Shown here one piece after another: positions 1-13,013 of a DNA stretch of 34,115 nucleotides. Position 1 is the stretch's first letter; each line of letters starts with the position of its first letter. The notes under the pieces are model-generated. The model had not been told where the DNA came from, did no database searches, and saw only the letters and a list, made by a program, of their open reading frames with translations. The DNA is from Octopus bimaculoides (taxonomy: Eukaryota), in NCBI RefSeq assembly GCF_001194135.2, contig NC_069002.1, forward strand, positions 16,653,889-16,688,003. The letters are read 5' to 3'. A program made the translations under genes and the position numbers.

Positions 1-319
1 TAACTAAATATAAAATTATGATTGCAAATCTGTTATAGAAGTTTGCAGTAAATGAAAATGAAATTGTTGTCAGTGAGTTTAGCTTACAGAGTGAAAAGGT
101 CTATGTGTAAATCGAGGCATGGTTAGACAATGGATTCGTTCGGCGAGAGAAAGATTGTCTTCGATTTCGGATACACAAACAGGAAGTAAAGCACTCATCT
201 CATGCGACAGAGTATATTTATTTATTCGAAATGAACGAACGAATCCAGTACATCACTATACGGCGATCAATCAAGCAACAGAGTGAATTAGTAGCTTTGA
301 ATAGGCACTCGTAAACACA

Positions 320-407
<88 letters not shown>

Positions 408-620
408 CATGCACACACACTTACACACATGCACACACACATATAAACACACACGCAAACACACATACACACGCAACCACTCACACACTCACACACACAC
501 ACACAAACGAACGTACTCACCCACACATATACATACATTCACATACATATATACATGCATATAAAAGAGTGTGTATAAAATATATACATGCATATGAAAG
601 AGTGTGTATTTGCATATGTT

Positions 621-676
<56 letters not shown>

Positions 677-682
<6 letters not shown>

Positions 683-2950
683 TGCTATTCCTGCTCTTGG
701 ATGAAGTTCTCAATTCATATTGAATTTCTTCTTAGTCCTTCTGTCTAGATTTGCTAATTCAGTTTTGGTCAAATCTACAAAAGCTGCTGAGTATCTAAGT
801 AATGATACTGCCCAAGTATTTACAGCCTTCACTAGATTCAAACCATTTAGCTTCGGTTTCATTAGCTTCCTCACCCTTCTGATGTACTCCTTCTCAATTT
901 TCATTTTCATTTCTATAGTTAGTACTCTGTAAGATTTTTAATAGTCCTAGATACTTATAACTCTCACCTTCTTTCAGTGATTTTAATGCCTGGACATCTG
1001 GTAATTGAATGCCTCCACTTCTGATTACCTGTCCCCTTCTCATGACTAATATTGCATACTTATCTATGCCAAATTCAATGCCTGTATCTCTGCTGAAGAG
1101 TCTTACAGTTTGTATTAAGGTATCTATCTCGTTTTTATTCTTACTAAAAAGCTTCAGATCATCCATGTAGAGCAAATGGTTAATTTTTCCTTTACTATCT
1201 CTAAACTGATACCCTGCCTCTGCCTTTCTACGAAAGGGGATAACGATTCTCCTTGGAATATTCCTCTCTTGATATTAACTTTCCCTAAGGCTGTATCACC
1301 TGAATAGAGATCTACTTTCCATTTCTTCACGCGATAGCTAATTATATTATTTGCAATACTGAATATACTCAAACATTCGTTTATCCATGAGTGTGGAATC
1401 ATGTCATAGTTTTTCTATCCATGCTATTGTTAATTTTTTTCTTTCTAGATTTCACTTCTTTCAGAATTGTTTTGTCTATGTAGAATAGATGAAGCTTTCT
1501 TCTAACTTTTTTCCTACTGCCTCTCTGTTCTCTGGCAGTAAATTCTGGCTATCAAGGTATTTATAAATGCTTTCTGAGAGCATTCATATTAACAGCTTCC
1601 ACACCAATGGTCAGCACGTGATTGTTCTATAATTACTAGCTATATTACCTTGCTTTTGTTTTCTTTCACAAAGTGTGCTGTTCTCCCTCTAATCATCCAG
1701 TCAAGTATTACTCCTTCATTTAGGCAATCCTAGAGTTGTTCTCCCAGCCTCCCATATATACTACTAAATTTCTTTAACCAGTACTCTTGAACTAAATCTG
1801 ATCCGGGACCCTTCCAATTCGGCAGTCTTCCTAACACTTTACTCATTATTTCTCCCCTCAATATCTTTAACCATACTGCATCTCCATTATGGTCGACTGG
1901 CTTATACCAAATATTATTCCAGAACTTTCTAACTTCCTCTGCATTAGGCTTCTCATCTTCAGTACTTTCGTCTCCACTATTTATTTGGCGATAAAATTTC
2001 CTCTGGTGTCTCTCAATCAATCTTTTCTGTTGGTACTGATCTATTCTTTTCTGATATCGGAAAAGCTTACCTGCTATTGCTATGATACGCTGTTTCAGCT
2101 CTTCCGTGACTATCCCAAATACTTAGTCAAAGAGAAAGGTCTCTTTGGCTAAGTATTTTTCCCAAGAGAATATCTAAATCATGCAATTCCAATTTTGTCG
2201 TGTTTCCTGGCTTCTATTCCGCTCAGATTCTGTCTTAAAGTCTTCACTTTATTTTCTAATCTCTCTTTTCACATTTGCTCCTTATTTAATCCTTGAAGAT
2301 TACCTAGTCTGCTAGTAACTATTACCCATCCTGCATAGATCAATAGGTTAATGTCAACTATATTTTTAGTATCTATTCTACTGATAACAAAATCTACTTT
2401 CTTTATAATATCTAGCAACTTTCTTCTATTAACACCTTTTAATGTTGGTAAACTTTTTCTTTCTTCTTTATACATTGTTTCCTTCGACTTATCCAAAATT
2501 TTCTGATCTTCCTCATTGGTTTCATTGGTATCAATTTTTCATTCCTGTAGGCTCTTCTTTGGGTTGAACTCTATCACTTACGTTGTTTGACAATTCTACT
2601 TGATCTCTTTTTTTTTTTTTTTNNNNNNNNNNNNNNNNNNNNNNNNTCTGTTACTTAAAACCCCCACTTTTTTTTTTTTTACCGAAAGTGCTGACGTACG
2701 TTTTCTGTAACCTCTTATTTTGGGTTCACTTTCGAAGTAGCACTGCATCACTACCATGTTCCCTTAGCTTGTCCATTTCCTACTTGAACCATTGCCAAGC
2801 GAGAGGCCTTCCCTGAAAGATCCAGCCTCATTTATGCTATTATCACTAGAGTTTTTGTATAAACTTATGCCTTTCATAAACTGGGGTAAGGCAATGTTCG
2901 TGTGGATTTCTATCTTGACAGCTTCACAGCTTCACCATCCACCTGATGCT
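677..2950 (-). mobile_element. Decayed R4/Dong-clade non-LTR retrotransposon (N-terminal domain through RT to post-RT region; 3' part lost at a (TA)n tract)
   Basis: Minus-strand frameshifted pieces in the expected order: RKWT..N.VVMQCYFESEPKIRGYRKR (~2690-2780), RKFYRQIN, LPNWKGPGSDLVQEYWLK, IPHSWI, RGIFQGESLSP, HLLYMDDLKLF (YMDD ~1158-1169), YKYLG, KLNGLNLVKAVNTWAVSLLRYSA, LHPRAGIARLY. The 5' boundary is approximate and a small gap lies at 2623-2646. Confidence 0.93.
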
Positions 2951-2970
2951 GTTTTTTTTTCTTTTCTTAC

Positions 2971-3019
<49 letters not shown>

Positions 3020-3546
3020 GCCATTATTATTAACACCATCATCATCATCGCTATTATTATTATTATTCGACAAATGGTAGTTTCATATTTCTACTGCATC
3101 ACTTGCTACAACACTGTGTTGCATAGGCGTGTACAACACTGTGTGTTCTTGCTTTCTTTGTTGTTATTGCTGTTGCTGTTGTTGGGAGAGAGAGAAAAAT
3201 CTCCCCAGCATTGTATTGCATGAGTATGTTTTGTTATGGATTTTGGGTTGGGTCTTTGTTGTATTAGTGTTTGTACAGTGTATTGTGCGTGTAATGCAAG
3301 TCGTGTTCTACTGTTGGATATCCGACCTCGAGAGTACATGTGGGGTTTGTTTATTCTATTGGATGTTTACAACATGAGAATACCTATTTCGGCTCAGGGA
3401 ATATACCTTTCTCGTAGGATATATCGTTTGCAAGTGTATTTTGCTTTTCTTTATATCTTAATCACTCTTCCTCCACATCTCAAGTTTCTTTTATTACTCC
3501 CATGTTTTGAGTATAGCATTATATATATATTTATCACCATCATCAC

Positions 3547-3588
<42 letters not shown>

Positions 3589-3589
3589 T

Positions 3590-3783
3590 AAGGCGGCGAG
3601 CTCGCAAAATCGTTAGCGCGCTGGACGAAATGCTTAGCTGTATTTCATCCGCCGAGGTCGACTTTGCCTTTCATCCTTTCGGGGTCGATAAATTAAGTAC
3701 CAGTGAAACAAATTAGGTCGATGTAATCAACTACCCCCTCCCCACAAATTCGAGGCCTTATACCTATAGTAGAAGGGATTATT
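3590..3783 (+). mobile_element. SINE family B copy (tRNA-like head, internal deletion, ATT tail)
   Basis: AAGGCGGCGAGCT...GAAATGCTTAGC...GTCGACTTTGCCTTTCATCCTTTCGGGGTCGATAAATTAAGTACCAG...TAGTAGAAGGGATTATT; homologous to 25965-26113 and 29354-29756; follows an (ATT)n tract. Confidence 0.85.
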
Positions 3784-4088
3784 AAAATTTTTCTTCCGGC
3801 CCCATGCGACCTGGAAGTTTCGGAGGTTTCTTCGGATGGGGCGAATCAAACTGTTTTAAATAATATGTGTGACTCATACTAATTATACTAAACGTGTTGA
3901 GTTCCCTCTTTTGTTTGTCCATTCACCCACGTGCGCGTGTGCGCGCGTGTGTGTGTATGTGTGTGTATAAATATATATATGTGTGTGTGTATTTGTGTGT
4001 GTGTATATATGTATATGTGTGTGTACATATATATATATGTATAATACACACACACAAACACGCATATATATATATATGTATATATATA

Positions 4089-4301
4089 TTCTTTTATTCT
4101 TTTACTGGTTTCAGTCATTTGACTGTGACCATGATGGAGCACCGCCTTTAGTCGAACAAATCGATACCCAGGACTTATTCTTTGTAAGCCTAGTACTTAT
4201 TCTATCGGTCTCTTTTGCCGAGCCGCTAATTACGGTGATGTAAACACACCGAGATCAGTTGTCAAGTGATGGTGTGGGGCCAAGCGCAGACACACACTCA
4301 T

Positions 4302-4353
<52 letters not shown>
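4089..4353 (-). mobile_element. SINE family A, 3' half (5' half probably in the gap)
   Basis: Reverse complement of the family-A body and tail (GGCGGTGCTCCAGCATGGCCGCAGTCAAATGACTGAAAC, (AGTAAAAG)n-like tail); runs into the internal CA/TA microsatellite. Confidence 0.88.
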
Positions 4354-4354
<1 letters not shown>

Positions 4355-4876
4355 NNNNNNNNNNNNNNNNNNNNNNNNNNNNNNNNNNNNNNNNNNNNNN
4401 NNNNNNNNNNNNNNNNNNNNNNNNNNNNNNNNNNNNNNNNNNNNNNNNNNNNNNNNNNNNNNNNNNNNNNNNNNNNNNNNNNNNNNNNNNNNNNNNNNNN
4501 NNNNNNNNNNNNNNNNNNNNNNNNNNNNNNNNNNNNNNNNNNNNNNNNNNNNNNNNNNNNNNNNNNNNNNNNNNNNNNNNNNNNNNNNNNNNNNNNNNNN
4601 NNNNNNNNNNNNNNNNNNNNNNNNNNNNNNNNNNNNNNNNNNNNNNNNNNNNNNNNNNNNNNNNNNNNNNNNNNNNNNNNNNNNNNNNNNNNNNNNNNNN
4701 NNNNNNNNNNNNNNNNNNNNNNNNNNNNNNNNNNNNNNNNNNNNNNNNNNNNNNNNNNNNNNNNNNNNNNNNNNNNNNNNNNNNNNNNNNNNNNNNNNNN
4801 NNNNNNNNNNNNNNNNNNNNNNNNNNNNNNNNNNNNNNNNNNNNNNNNNNNNNNNNNNNNNNNNNNNNNNNNNNNN

Positions 4877-5132
4877 TATATATATATATATATATATATA
4901 TATGTGGGGGGTGTATGTTTGTGTGTCTGTGTCACCCCAACATCGCTTGACAACCGATGCTGGTGTGTTTACGTCCACGAAACCTAGCGGTTCTTGCAAA
5001 AGAGACCGATAGAATAAGTACTGGGCTTACAAAGAATAAGTCCTGGGGTCGATTTCCTCGACTAAAGGCGGTGCTCCAGCATGGCCGCAGTCAAATGACT
5101 GAAACAAATAAAAGAGTAAAAGAGTAAGAGAG
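4877..5132 (+). mobile_element. SINE family A, 3' half
   Basis: Matches the 23338-23716 and 24924-25328 copies from the internal microsatellite to the AAAAGAGTAAAAGAG tail. Confidence 0.88.
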
Positions 5133-5576
5133 TATGTATGTATACGTATGAATGTATCAATAGCACAGTAAAGCCAGATTAGTTTTAGAGTGCAGACTTT
5201 TAATGAGGAGGGATTTGAAGTGAAGAAACAGCTGCAAAATATGTAGGGCGGGAATCCCCCCGTAGTTAAGTCAAAATAATGGAAAATATTAGAGTGGGAT
5301 GTCTCCTAATACGGAGAAAGTGAAAGTGCGATGGCGGTGTTGGTTGACATGGTGATGATGGAGGTGGTGATAGGGAGGTGCTGATGCTGTTAAATGTTGG
5401 TATTGGTGGTGGTGATGACGTGGTGGTGGTGGCAGTGGCAATGAATGTTACTTTGCTGGTATTAGTAATAACAGTGTTGCTTGTAATAGTGATGTTGATG
5501 AGAGTAATACTAGCGATGATGAGGGTGGTGGTGGTGGTGGTGGCGGCGAGTGACTCATGCATTCGAGGATGAGTAT

Positions 5577-5577
<1 letters not shown>

Positions 5578-5648
<71 letters not shown>
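5578..5648. repeat. (GTA)n microsatellite following a degenerate GGT/GAT-rich tract (from ~5330)
   Basis: Direct reading. Confidence 0.95.
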
Positions 5649-5817
5649 AGTAACCGTAAATAACAATAAAAATATGAACAACATTGAATTAAGAATCAGA
5701 AATGTAATAATATATAGAAAATATGAGAGGAGATGTATACGAATATTCATATATCCTCTTTCCTATCTCAGATTTCACAGCTGTATGTGTGTATGTATAT
5801 ATGAACACAGACGTGCG

Positions 5818-5849
<32 letters not shown>

Positions 5850-6486
5850 TTCACACGCACGCACAAACACATGCACATATATATGTCTGTATGTATAGAA
5901 TAACATTAAGACGAGAAATTTGAAGTGCGCGAGAAAGGAAAAGGATATATGAAAATGTTGCGTTTTTACGTTTCACAACAAAAATGAAGTGAAAAGCTTC
6001 CAGCTGGAAATTGAAACCGAGTCAGTTATTTATGTCACCGAAAACATACCTCTACTCTGCGAGGTTAATTACTGTAGGGTAATATCTTCTCGCAAAGCTA
6101 CTTGCTTTACCAAACCTGAACGGATGAAGGTCAAATTTCACCTTGACAGTATTTGAACCCAGAATACAAATGAAAGGTAACTGAATAACATAAGCTATTT
6201 TGTTAATTGCTCTACGGATTCTTCTCCTCATCATCCTGTAACTGGTTCATGATAAAGATTAACACAAAACCACACATCTGTACGAAAGGAACCTGGTTTT
6301 ATGGAAACGATTCCCATTCAGTCTTTCTTGTTAATATTTCCCATCGATGGAGGAAGCAAAACTGATTAACTTTACAAAAATGATTTCGAATTTTGCTGGT
6401 ACGGCAGAAAATATTTATTTATTTATTTAGTTCATTATTTTTTTTATTCGAAGTTAATGTGTTTGCAAAACTGTTAGAATACTATA

Positions 6487-6504
6487 GGGTGGGGTGGGGT
6501 GGGG
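6487..6504 (+). other. Potential G-quadruplex GGG-T-GGGG-T-GGGG-T-GGGG
   Basis: Four G-runs with 1-nt loops. Confidence 0.6.
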
Positions 6505-7056
6505 TGGTGGAGTCGTTTCAGTGTTTCACGTTCAGAGTTCAAATACCGAGAGATCAATTTTTGTCATCAATCCTTCCGAGATCGATAAACTCAAATACTA
6601 GTCAATTTCTTGTATTGGTTTCCTNNNNNNNNNNNNNNNNNNNNNNNNNNNNNNNNNNNNNNNNNNNNNNNNNNNNNNNNNNNNNNNNNNNNNNNNNNNN
6701 NNNNNNNNNNNNNNNNNNNNNNNNNNNNNNNNNNNNNNNNNNNNNNNNNNNNNNNNNNNNNNNNNNNNNNNNNNNNNNNNNNNNNNNNNNNNNNNNNNNN
6801 NNNNNNNNNNNNNNNNNNNNNNNNNNNNNNNNNNNNNNNNNNNNNNNNNNNNNNNNNNNNNNNNNNNNNNNNNNNNNNNNNNNNNNNNNNNNNNNNNNNN
6901 NNNNNNNNNNNNNNNNNNNNNNNNNNNNNNNNNNNNNNNNNNNNNNNNNNNNNNNNNNNNNNNNNNNNNNNNNNNNNNNNNNNNNNNNNNNNNNNNNNNN
7001 NNNNNNNNNNNNNNNNNNNNNNNNNNNNNNNNNNNNNNNNNNNNNNNNNNNNNNNN

Positions 7057-7293
7057 NTATATATATCTGTGTGCATTTGTGTCAGTGTTTGTCCTCCACC
7101 CCATCATCACCTAACAACTGGTGTTGGTGTGTTTACGTCCCGTTATCTAGTGGTTCAGCAAAAGAGACTGATAAAATAGGCACTAGGCTTAAAAAATAAG
7201 TCTTGGGGTCGATTTGTTCGACTAAAACACCTCAAAGTGGTGCTCCAGCATTGCCACAGTCTGAAACAAGAAAAACAATAAGCGAATAAAAGA
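7057..7293 (+). mobile_element. SINE family A, 3' half after gap
   Basis: GTGTTTACGTCCCG...AAAAGAGACTGATAAAATAGGCACTAGGCTT...GGTGCTCCAGCATTGCCACAGTC matches family A. Confidence 0.85.
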
Positions 7294-7838
7294 GTATGAA
7301 TAAGCGAACCAGTATCCAAATAGGATCTAGTTTTTTTTTCATTCGCAAAATATGCATTTTTTAAAAGACACTAAAAAATCTGAAAATCGGCTATAATAAT
7401 GTAACCTTCCAGTCTGATTGCTTTGAAGGTATGATGTTGTGGAGGAAAAAAAAAAAAACAATTGGAGAAAAAAGTTACAGAGGCTTAAAAATCGAAAAAA
7501 AACTATATTTTCAGCCAATAGCGAGACAGAAATCTTCTGTGTTTAGCGGAGCGGTGTCAACTTTAAGGTTGTACCCTGTGGAATTTAGAGTTTAGTGTTT
7601 AAGGTTGTACCCTGTGTTCGTTATAGGTTTCTAATCTTATTGTTTCTTTTGTCTCTTCATTAATTGTATGGTTTTATTATTTTCTAAATTTGTTGTATTA
7701 ATATATTTGTTTGCATGTGTTTACTTTATACGTATTTCAGTATTATGTTACCTATCATGTATTTGTGTACATCATTAATATATAAGTGCAGGTGGATGTA
7801 TGTATACATATATAAATTCACATGTACATTTATGCGTT

Positions 7839-7882
<44 letters not shown>

Positions 7883-8643
7883 GGGGGTTTCTGTCTCCAA
7901 AACTCCAAAGTTGAGTAACGTTTTCATGCTTGGATTTGCAAACTACGATAAGAATAACACTGGTCAACAAAGAATTTGTCCCAAGGAAAAGACTATCCGT
8001 ATCTAATATGTTTTTGCAAGCAGAATTCAAAAATAATGTCAAATTATCTATATCACCCACAGTTTCTCTGATCCGCGAAATGCCTCTCGGTTCCTGGTAC
8101 GTGGGTTAAATTTCAGTTAAGCTGTTGAAACGTGAAGCTAACGGTTTAAGAAATACTCCTAATTAAAATTTTTTATGAACAGAATTAACCTAGTGAAATC
8201 ATAAATCCAGATATCTGAGTCATTGAGACCCTAAAATATATGAAATAAAAAATATGTAAAAATACTAACACACACATAAAAAAGCACAGAAAAATACTAA
8301 CACACAGAAGCACAGAGAAATATGTAATATACTAACAAACAGAAAAATTAAAACAAAACACGCGGGTGAAAAGAATCTCGTGGTGTGAAGAATTAATTAA
8401 GTGTGAAAAATCAACATAGCGACACAGACAACAGTGTGGTTGTCATTGTAACAAGCTGCTAATGCCACGCTGTCTGTTGATTGGCTAAAATTACCCAAAT
8501 TTCCTAACTTTAATTCCAAATAACATCAGATTCTTTAATTTACGAGATAAAGTAATTGGTTGATCGTAATCAAAATTCAGCGTTGCATCGATACACCAAA
8601 ATTGAAAGCAATCTGAGCAAATTTGAGCGGGAGGCTCATTTTG

Positions 8644-8913
8644 GGATCTTTCTGATTTGACGGGCAACATTTGTTTTCTTAACAAAACACTTTCAAACTT
8701 GGGATACTGGTAGAATGTGTCATATAAAACATCTTGGTTGAAATTACTGAAATACGACAATTTTTTTTACATGAAATAACTTCGAATACAAAATTTTTTA
8801 TCTGGTCTATAACACAAAATATACAAGTATACGAGGTTTGAAAGTGTTTCGGTACCAAAAAACACTACATAAAACATTAATGAAAAGTGTTGCCCGTCAA
8901 ATCAGAAAGATCC
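8644..8913. mobile_element. MITE (270 bp) with perfect 26-bp TIRs and 8-bp target-site duplication
   Basis: GGATCTTTCTGATTTGACGGGCAACA (8644-8669) is the exact reverse complement of 8888-8913. An inner inverted pair AAACACTTTCAAAC / GTTTGAAAGTGTTT is also present. TCATTTTG flanks both sides (8636-8643, 8914-8921). Confidence 0.9.
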
Positions 8914-9511
8914 TCATTTTGCGCTTGAGAAAGACTAGACCCTCCAAATGTCCCGGTAGGTTACTGTGAAGGAGTAAATCCATAAATTCCCTTCAGGTAC
9001 ATATTCGAGATTTTTTCTTCCCTTTTATTTAAGATATTGGTCATAGCTCCAGCATATGTGTACTTAGTCGTAGAGCACTCGCAATGGATAAATTCCTTGA
9101 TTAGACGAATTGAGATATAGCTTGTGAGATTCATATGTGTCTAGCAAATATATTTGTGTGTGTGTATATGTGTGTGTATGCGAGTTATATACACGCACAT
9201 ACACACACATACATCCGTATATGTAAGTGCATATATAAACACACACACACCATGTAGACGGCTAGCTGTTGAGTAGCCATCCATCACATTAGTGTCAGGT
9301 CGTCTATTTCACAACAGTTTACTTCTACACAGTCATGCCATCTTTGTTTACAATCAAATCAACCCCCACACCTCACTAAAACTCGCCCTCCAGGATCTAT
9401 GTCGCCCTCCCACACTTTCAGATTACCTCTTCCTCTCCCCCACGGCGCGCGTGTGTGTGTCTGTTTATCTCTCTTTCTCTCTCTCTCTCTCTCTGTTTGT
9501 CTATCTATCTA

Positions 9512-9575
<64 letters not shown>

Positions 9576-9847
9576 ACTAACTGTCTTTCTGTCTATCTAT
9601 CTATCTAACTGTCTTTCTATCGGTCTATTTATTTATATAAAGAGAGGGAGAGATACATACACACACACATACATATATACATACATACATAACATACATA
9701 CATTTGCATACATACATACATACATACATACATTACATACATATGTACGTACATGCACGTGCACACACAGACATACACACAAATACACACTCATAAACTG
9801 GGGGTTAATTTATTGTGTGGGCGGGTATATTTATACTTCGTCTGTGT

Positions 9848-9899
<52 letters not shown>

Positions 9900-10350
9900 N
9901 NNNNNNNNNNNNNNNNNNNNNNNNNNNNNNNNNNNNNNNNNNNNNNNNNNNNNNNNNNNNNNNNNNNNNNNNNNNNNNNNNNNNNNNNNNNNNNNNNNNN
10001 NNNNNNNNNNNNNNNNNNNNNNNNNNNNNNNNNNNNNNNNNNNNNNNNNNNNNNNNNNNNNNNNNNNNNNNNNNNNNNNNNNNNNNNNNNNNNNNNNNNN
10101 NNNNNNNNNNNNNNNNNNNNNNNNNNNNNNNNNNNNNNNNNNNNNNNNNNNNNNNNNNNNNNNNNNNNNNNNNNNNNNNNNNNNNNNNNNNNNNNNNNNN
10201 NNNNNNNNNNNNNNNNNNNNNNNNNNNNNNNNNNNNNNNNNNNNNNNNNNNNNNNNNNNNNNNNNNNNNNNNNNNNNNNNNNNNNNNNNNNNNNNNNNNN
10301 NNNNNNNNNNNNNNNNNNNNNNNNNNNNNNNNNNNNNNNNNNNNNNNNNN

Positions 10351-10709
10351 CGTCGAGGATTCCAGTTGATCCGATCTACGGAACAGCCTGCTCGTGAAAT
10401 TAACGTGCAAGTGGCTGAGCACTCCACAGACACGTGTACCCTTAACTTAGTTGTCGGGGATATTCAGCGTGACACAGTGTGACAAGGCTGACCCTTTGAA
10501 TTACAGGCACAACAGAAACAGGAAGAAAGAGTGAGAGAAAGTTGTGGTGAAAGAGTACAGCAGGGTTCGCCACCATCCCCTGCCGGAGCCTCGTGGAGCT
10601 TTAAGTGTTTTCGCTCAATAAACACTCACAACGCCCGGTCTGGGAATCGAAACCGCGATTCTATGACCGCGAGTCCGCTGCCCTAACCACTGGGACATTG
10701 CGCCTCCAC
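10351..10709 (-). mobile_element. SINE family C (tRNA-derived), 3' end cut by gap
   Basis: Near-identical by eye to 28474-28853, 29805-30198 and 33302-33609; head GTGGAGGCGCAATG.CCCAGTGGTTAGGGCAGCGGACTCGCGGTCATAG.ATCGCGGTTTCGATTCCC. Confidence 0.93.
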
Positions 10710-10819
10710 CTTCATCAGTACAACACAGAGACACGACTATACCTGGAACAACAACAACAGCAGTAACAACAAAATAATAATGAAACAAGAATAACCCGCG
10801 AGGAAGCCTGCGCGACATC

Positions 10820-11010
10820 GTTCTGCTTGCTAGATGCTGCAGTCTAATCTCCCTATGAAGGTCTTTAAAATAGACACGTGATATCATTCTGAGTGTCTTG
10901 CAAGTAGGGTAAAAAAAAACGGAAAGGTCACGGTTAGAGTGCCTTTTGATCATCGGTCACCCCTGACCAGGTCGGCTCGGTCAAGGTTAACCCAGTACTG
11001 AAAAAAAATA
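10820..11010 (+). repeat. Dispersed repeat family D, degenerate copy
   Basis: Shares (CT)GCTAG... 5' motif and GG.ATGGTCA.GG.TGGAATG.CTTTGATCA-like 3' motif with ~12440-12585, 20812-21027 and 22945-23095. Confidence 0.5.
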
Positions 11011-11025
11011 ACACAAGTACAAACA

Positions 11026-11125
11026 AGAAGAAGAAGAAGAAGAAGAAGAAGAAGAAGAAGAAGAAGAAGAAGAAGAAGAAGAAGAAGAACAACAACAACA
11101 ACAACAACAGCAACAACAACAACGA
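11026..11125. repeat. (GAA)n(CAA)n compound microsatellite
   Basis: Direct reading. Confidence 0.95.
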
Positions 11126-11539
11126 CAACAACAGCTAACACAACTAACATCAAAGCACCATAGCAACAAAGCTGACGAGGAATGTGCTCATTTGACATAA
11201 TAAAAATAGCAGCCAAGTCACTTTGAAATCTTACCTATGCTGCCGTCTTTTTTTTTTCTGTTCCGTTTCGTATTGCATGATGGGCGTCCTTGGACAGTTG
11301 CATATCTTTATTTATTTATCTATTTATTTATTTATGTGTTTATTTATTTATCTATTTATTTATTTATGTGTTTATTTATTTATCTATTTATTTATTTATG
11401 TGTTTATTTATTTAGAAGAGATTACTGGTTCCCCTGTTGAAATAATCTCCATTTCTAAAAACGGGGACACTGTGAGGGGTCCGACATTTCTCGGGGCACA
11501 GCGGAGCTGATTCCGAAAGAGGCAAAGAGAAGGTTCGAT

Positions 11540-11610
11540 GCCAGTAGACCATATGAGGATGAAATGTGCATTCTACTTTGCCGGAATTTGAATTCAAATC
11601 AGAGAGATGG
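11540..11610 (-). mobile_element. Degenerate SINE B fragment
   Basis: Minus strand TGAATTCAAATTCCGGCAAAGTAG...CATTTCATCCTC resembles the B-box and TTTCATCCT block. Confidence 0.5.
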
Positions 11611-12439
11611 CACAAAAACGGCAAAGAATTTTGTCCGATGCTCTAATGACACCGCCAACCTGTACTCTTAAAATCACATCTGACCGTTTTGGTGAGGAAG
11701 AATGCATTGGATTATGTATTTACGTGCACGCACACAGAATTTTATTGAGTCTGAAGTCCTAAAGATCTTTGCAAACCTTTCGAAACTGGAGCGGTTAATG
11801 TTCCGTTCAATCTGTTGCGGGTCAGTTTTCAGGGGGAAGATGTTCTGGAGAGGAACGGCTAAGTATAGTGGTTAGTGTGGAGTGTGGGAAGTTTGGACAC
11901 ACCAAAGATGGTGAGGAGAGGAGGCACGTGATCACCCATTATAAGTCCTTATAGCAGTAACAGAAAAGACAGAAAGAATATAGCAGGTTTAAGGGTCAGA
12001 GGTTGCAGTATGTCCGTTAGTGATTGAAAATGAATCAACCAAGTGACCCTTCTCTGGATGCAATTCGGGTTGTCCCTGTCCCTGATGTGGGCCTCATTTA
12101 AGTCAACAGCTGTTAAGGATTGAAATATCGCTAGGATGCTATACTGATATGAGTACTGCTTTACTTATCTTGCTTTAAAAAATATTGGTATAGATCCATT
12201 GAAGAAGTTGACTTTAAATCCAGATTCTTTTTCATCTGTATTGTCAATATTGTGAAAATAATTTCGATTATTTGTTCGGTGTCTTCAGATCTTAAACATC
12301 CTAAGAGGGAAGTTTTGTCCATTCATAGCTAAGATAATCTCTCAGTTGATCGAAGCTTTCAACTCATTACATTACATGTGAAACCCGAATGTGTTTATAA
12401 TTAGTTCCTCCCTACCCCTCCCCGACGTATATTCCCTTA

Positions 12440-12585
12440 AGCCATATTGTTTTCATTGGATAATGAAGTCTTGGGCACAGAACGCCCCTGAAATATAGAA
12501 TAGACAGGATGATCATGGTTGGAATGACTTTGATCAAGATCTGCTCAATTAAAACTGACAGAGATGAAACAATACCAACAATTTA
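12440..12585 (+). repeat. Dispersed repeat family D, degenerate copy
   Basis: GACAGGATGATCATGGTTGGAATGACTTTGATCAAGATCTGCTC aligns with ACAGGATGGTCGTGGCAGGAAAGTCTTTCG at ~20917. Confidence 0.55.
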
Positions 12586-12947
12586 AGGCCGAGTTATTTC
12601 TTTGTAATTGTATCTTTAGGAAATAAATAATGACTTAATAGAACTGTCCACATTACTCAAGATGATGATGTATATTGAAAGAGAAGAGATTCTTCGACTC
12701 AGTATCAACAATGCTGCCATCTGGTGTTAGAGAATGATGGTCAAAAGCGACATGTGGATTCGTTTAACTAACCTTTTCCCATTCATGCGTGTCAGTGACG
12801 TTGGTTTATTCTTCATGTCACAAACCCAAACATCTGAAATTTCATTATACAAGGCGGAATCTTTCTTAGATCTCTCATTCTTACACTGCTTTTCTTTCCT
12901 CCTTTCTTCTCTCTCTCTCTCTGTCTCTCTCTCTCTCTGTCTCTCTC

Positions 12948-13013
<66 letters not shown>

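Noticed and set aside
8251-8345. Three short AATACTAACACACA-containing direct repeats
   Set aside because: Small local duplication in AT-rich DNA with no further structure
7380-8630. Weak inverted similarity between ~7410-7530 and ~8470-8615 (GATTGCTTT, AGCCAAT) suggesting a larger DNA transposon
   Set aside because: Matches are too short and no termini or TSD could be defined
11860-11920. VECGKFGHTKD, resembling a CCHC zinc knuckle of a LINE ORF1
   Set aside because: First and last Cys are missing and the surrounding frame has stops; too little to call
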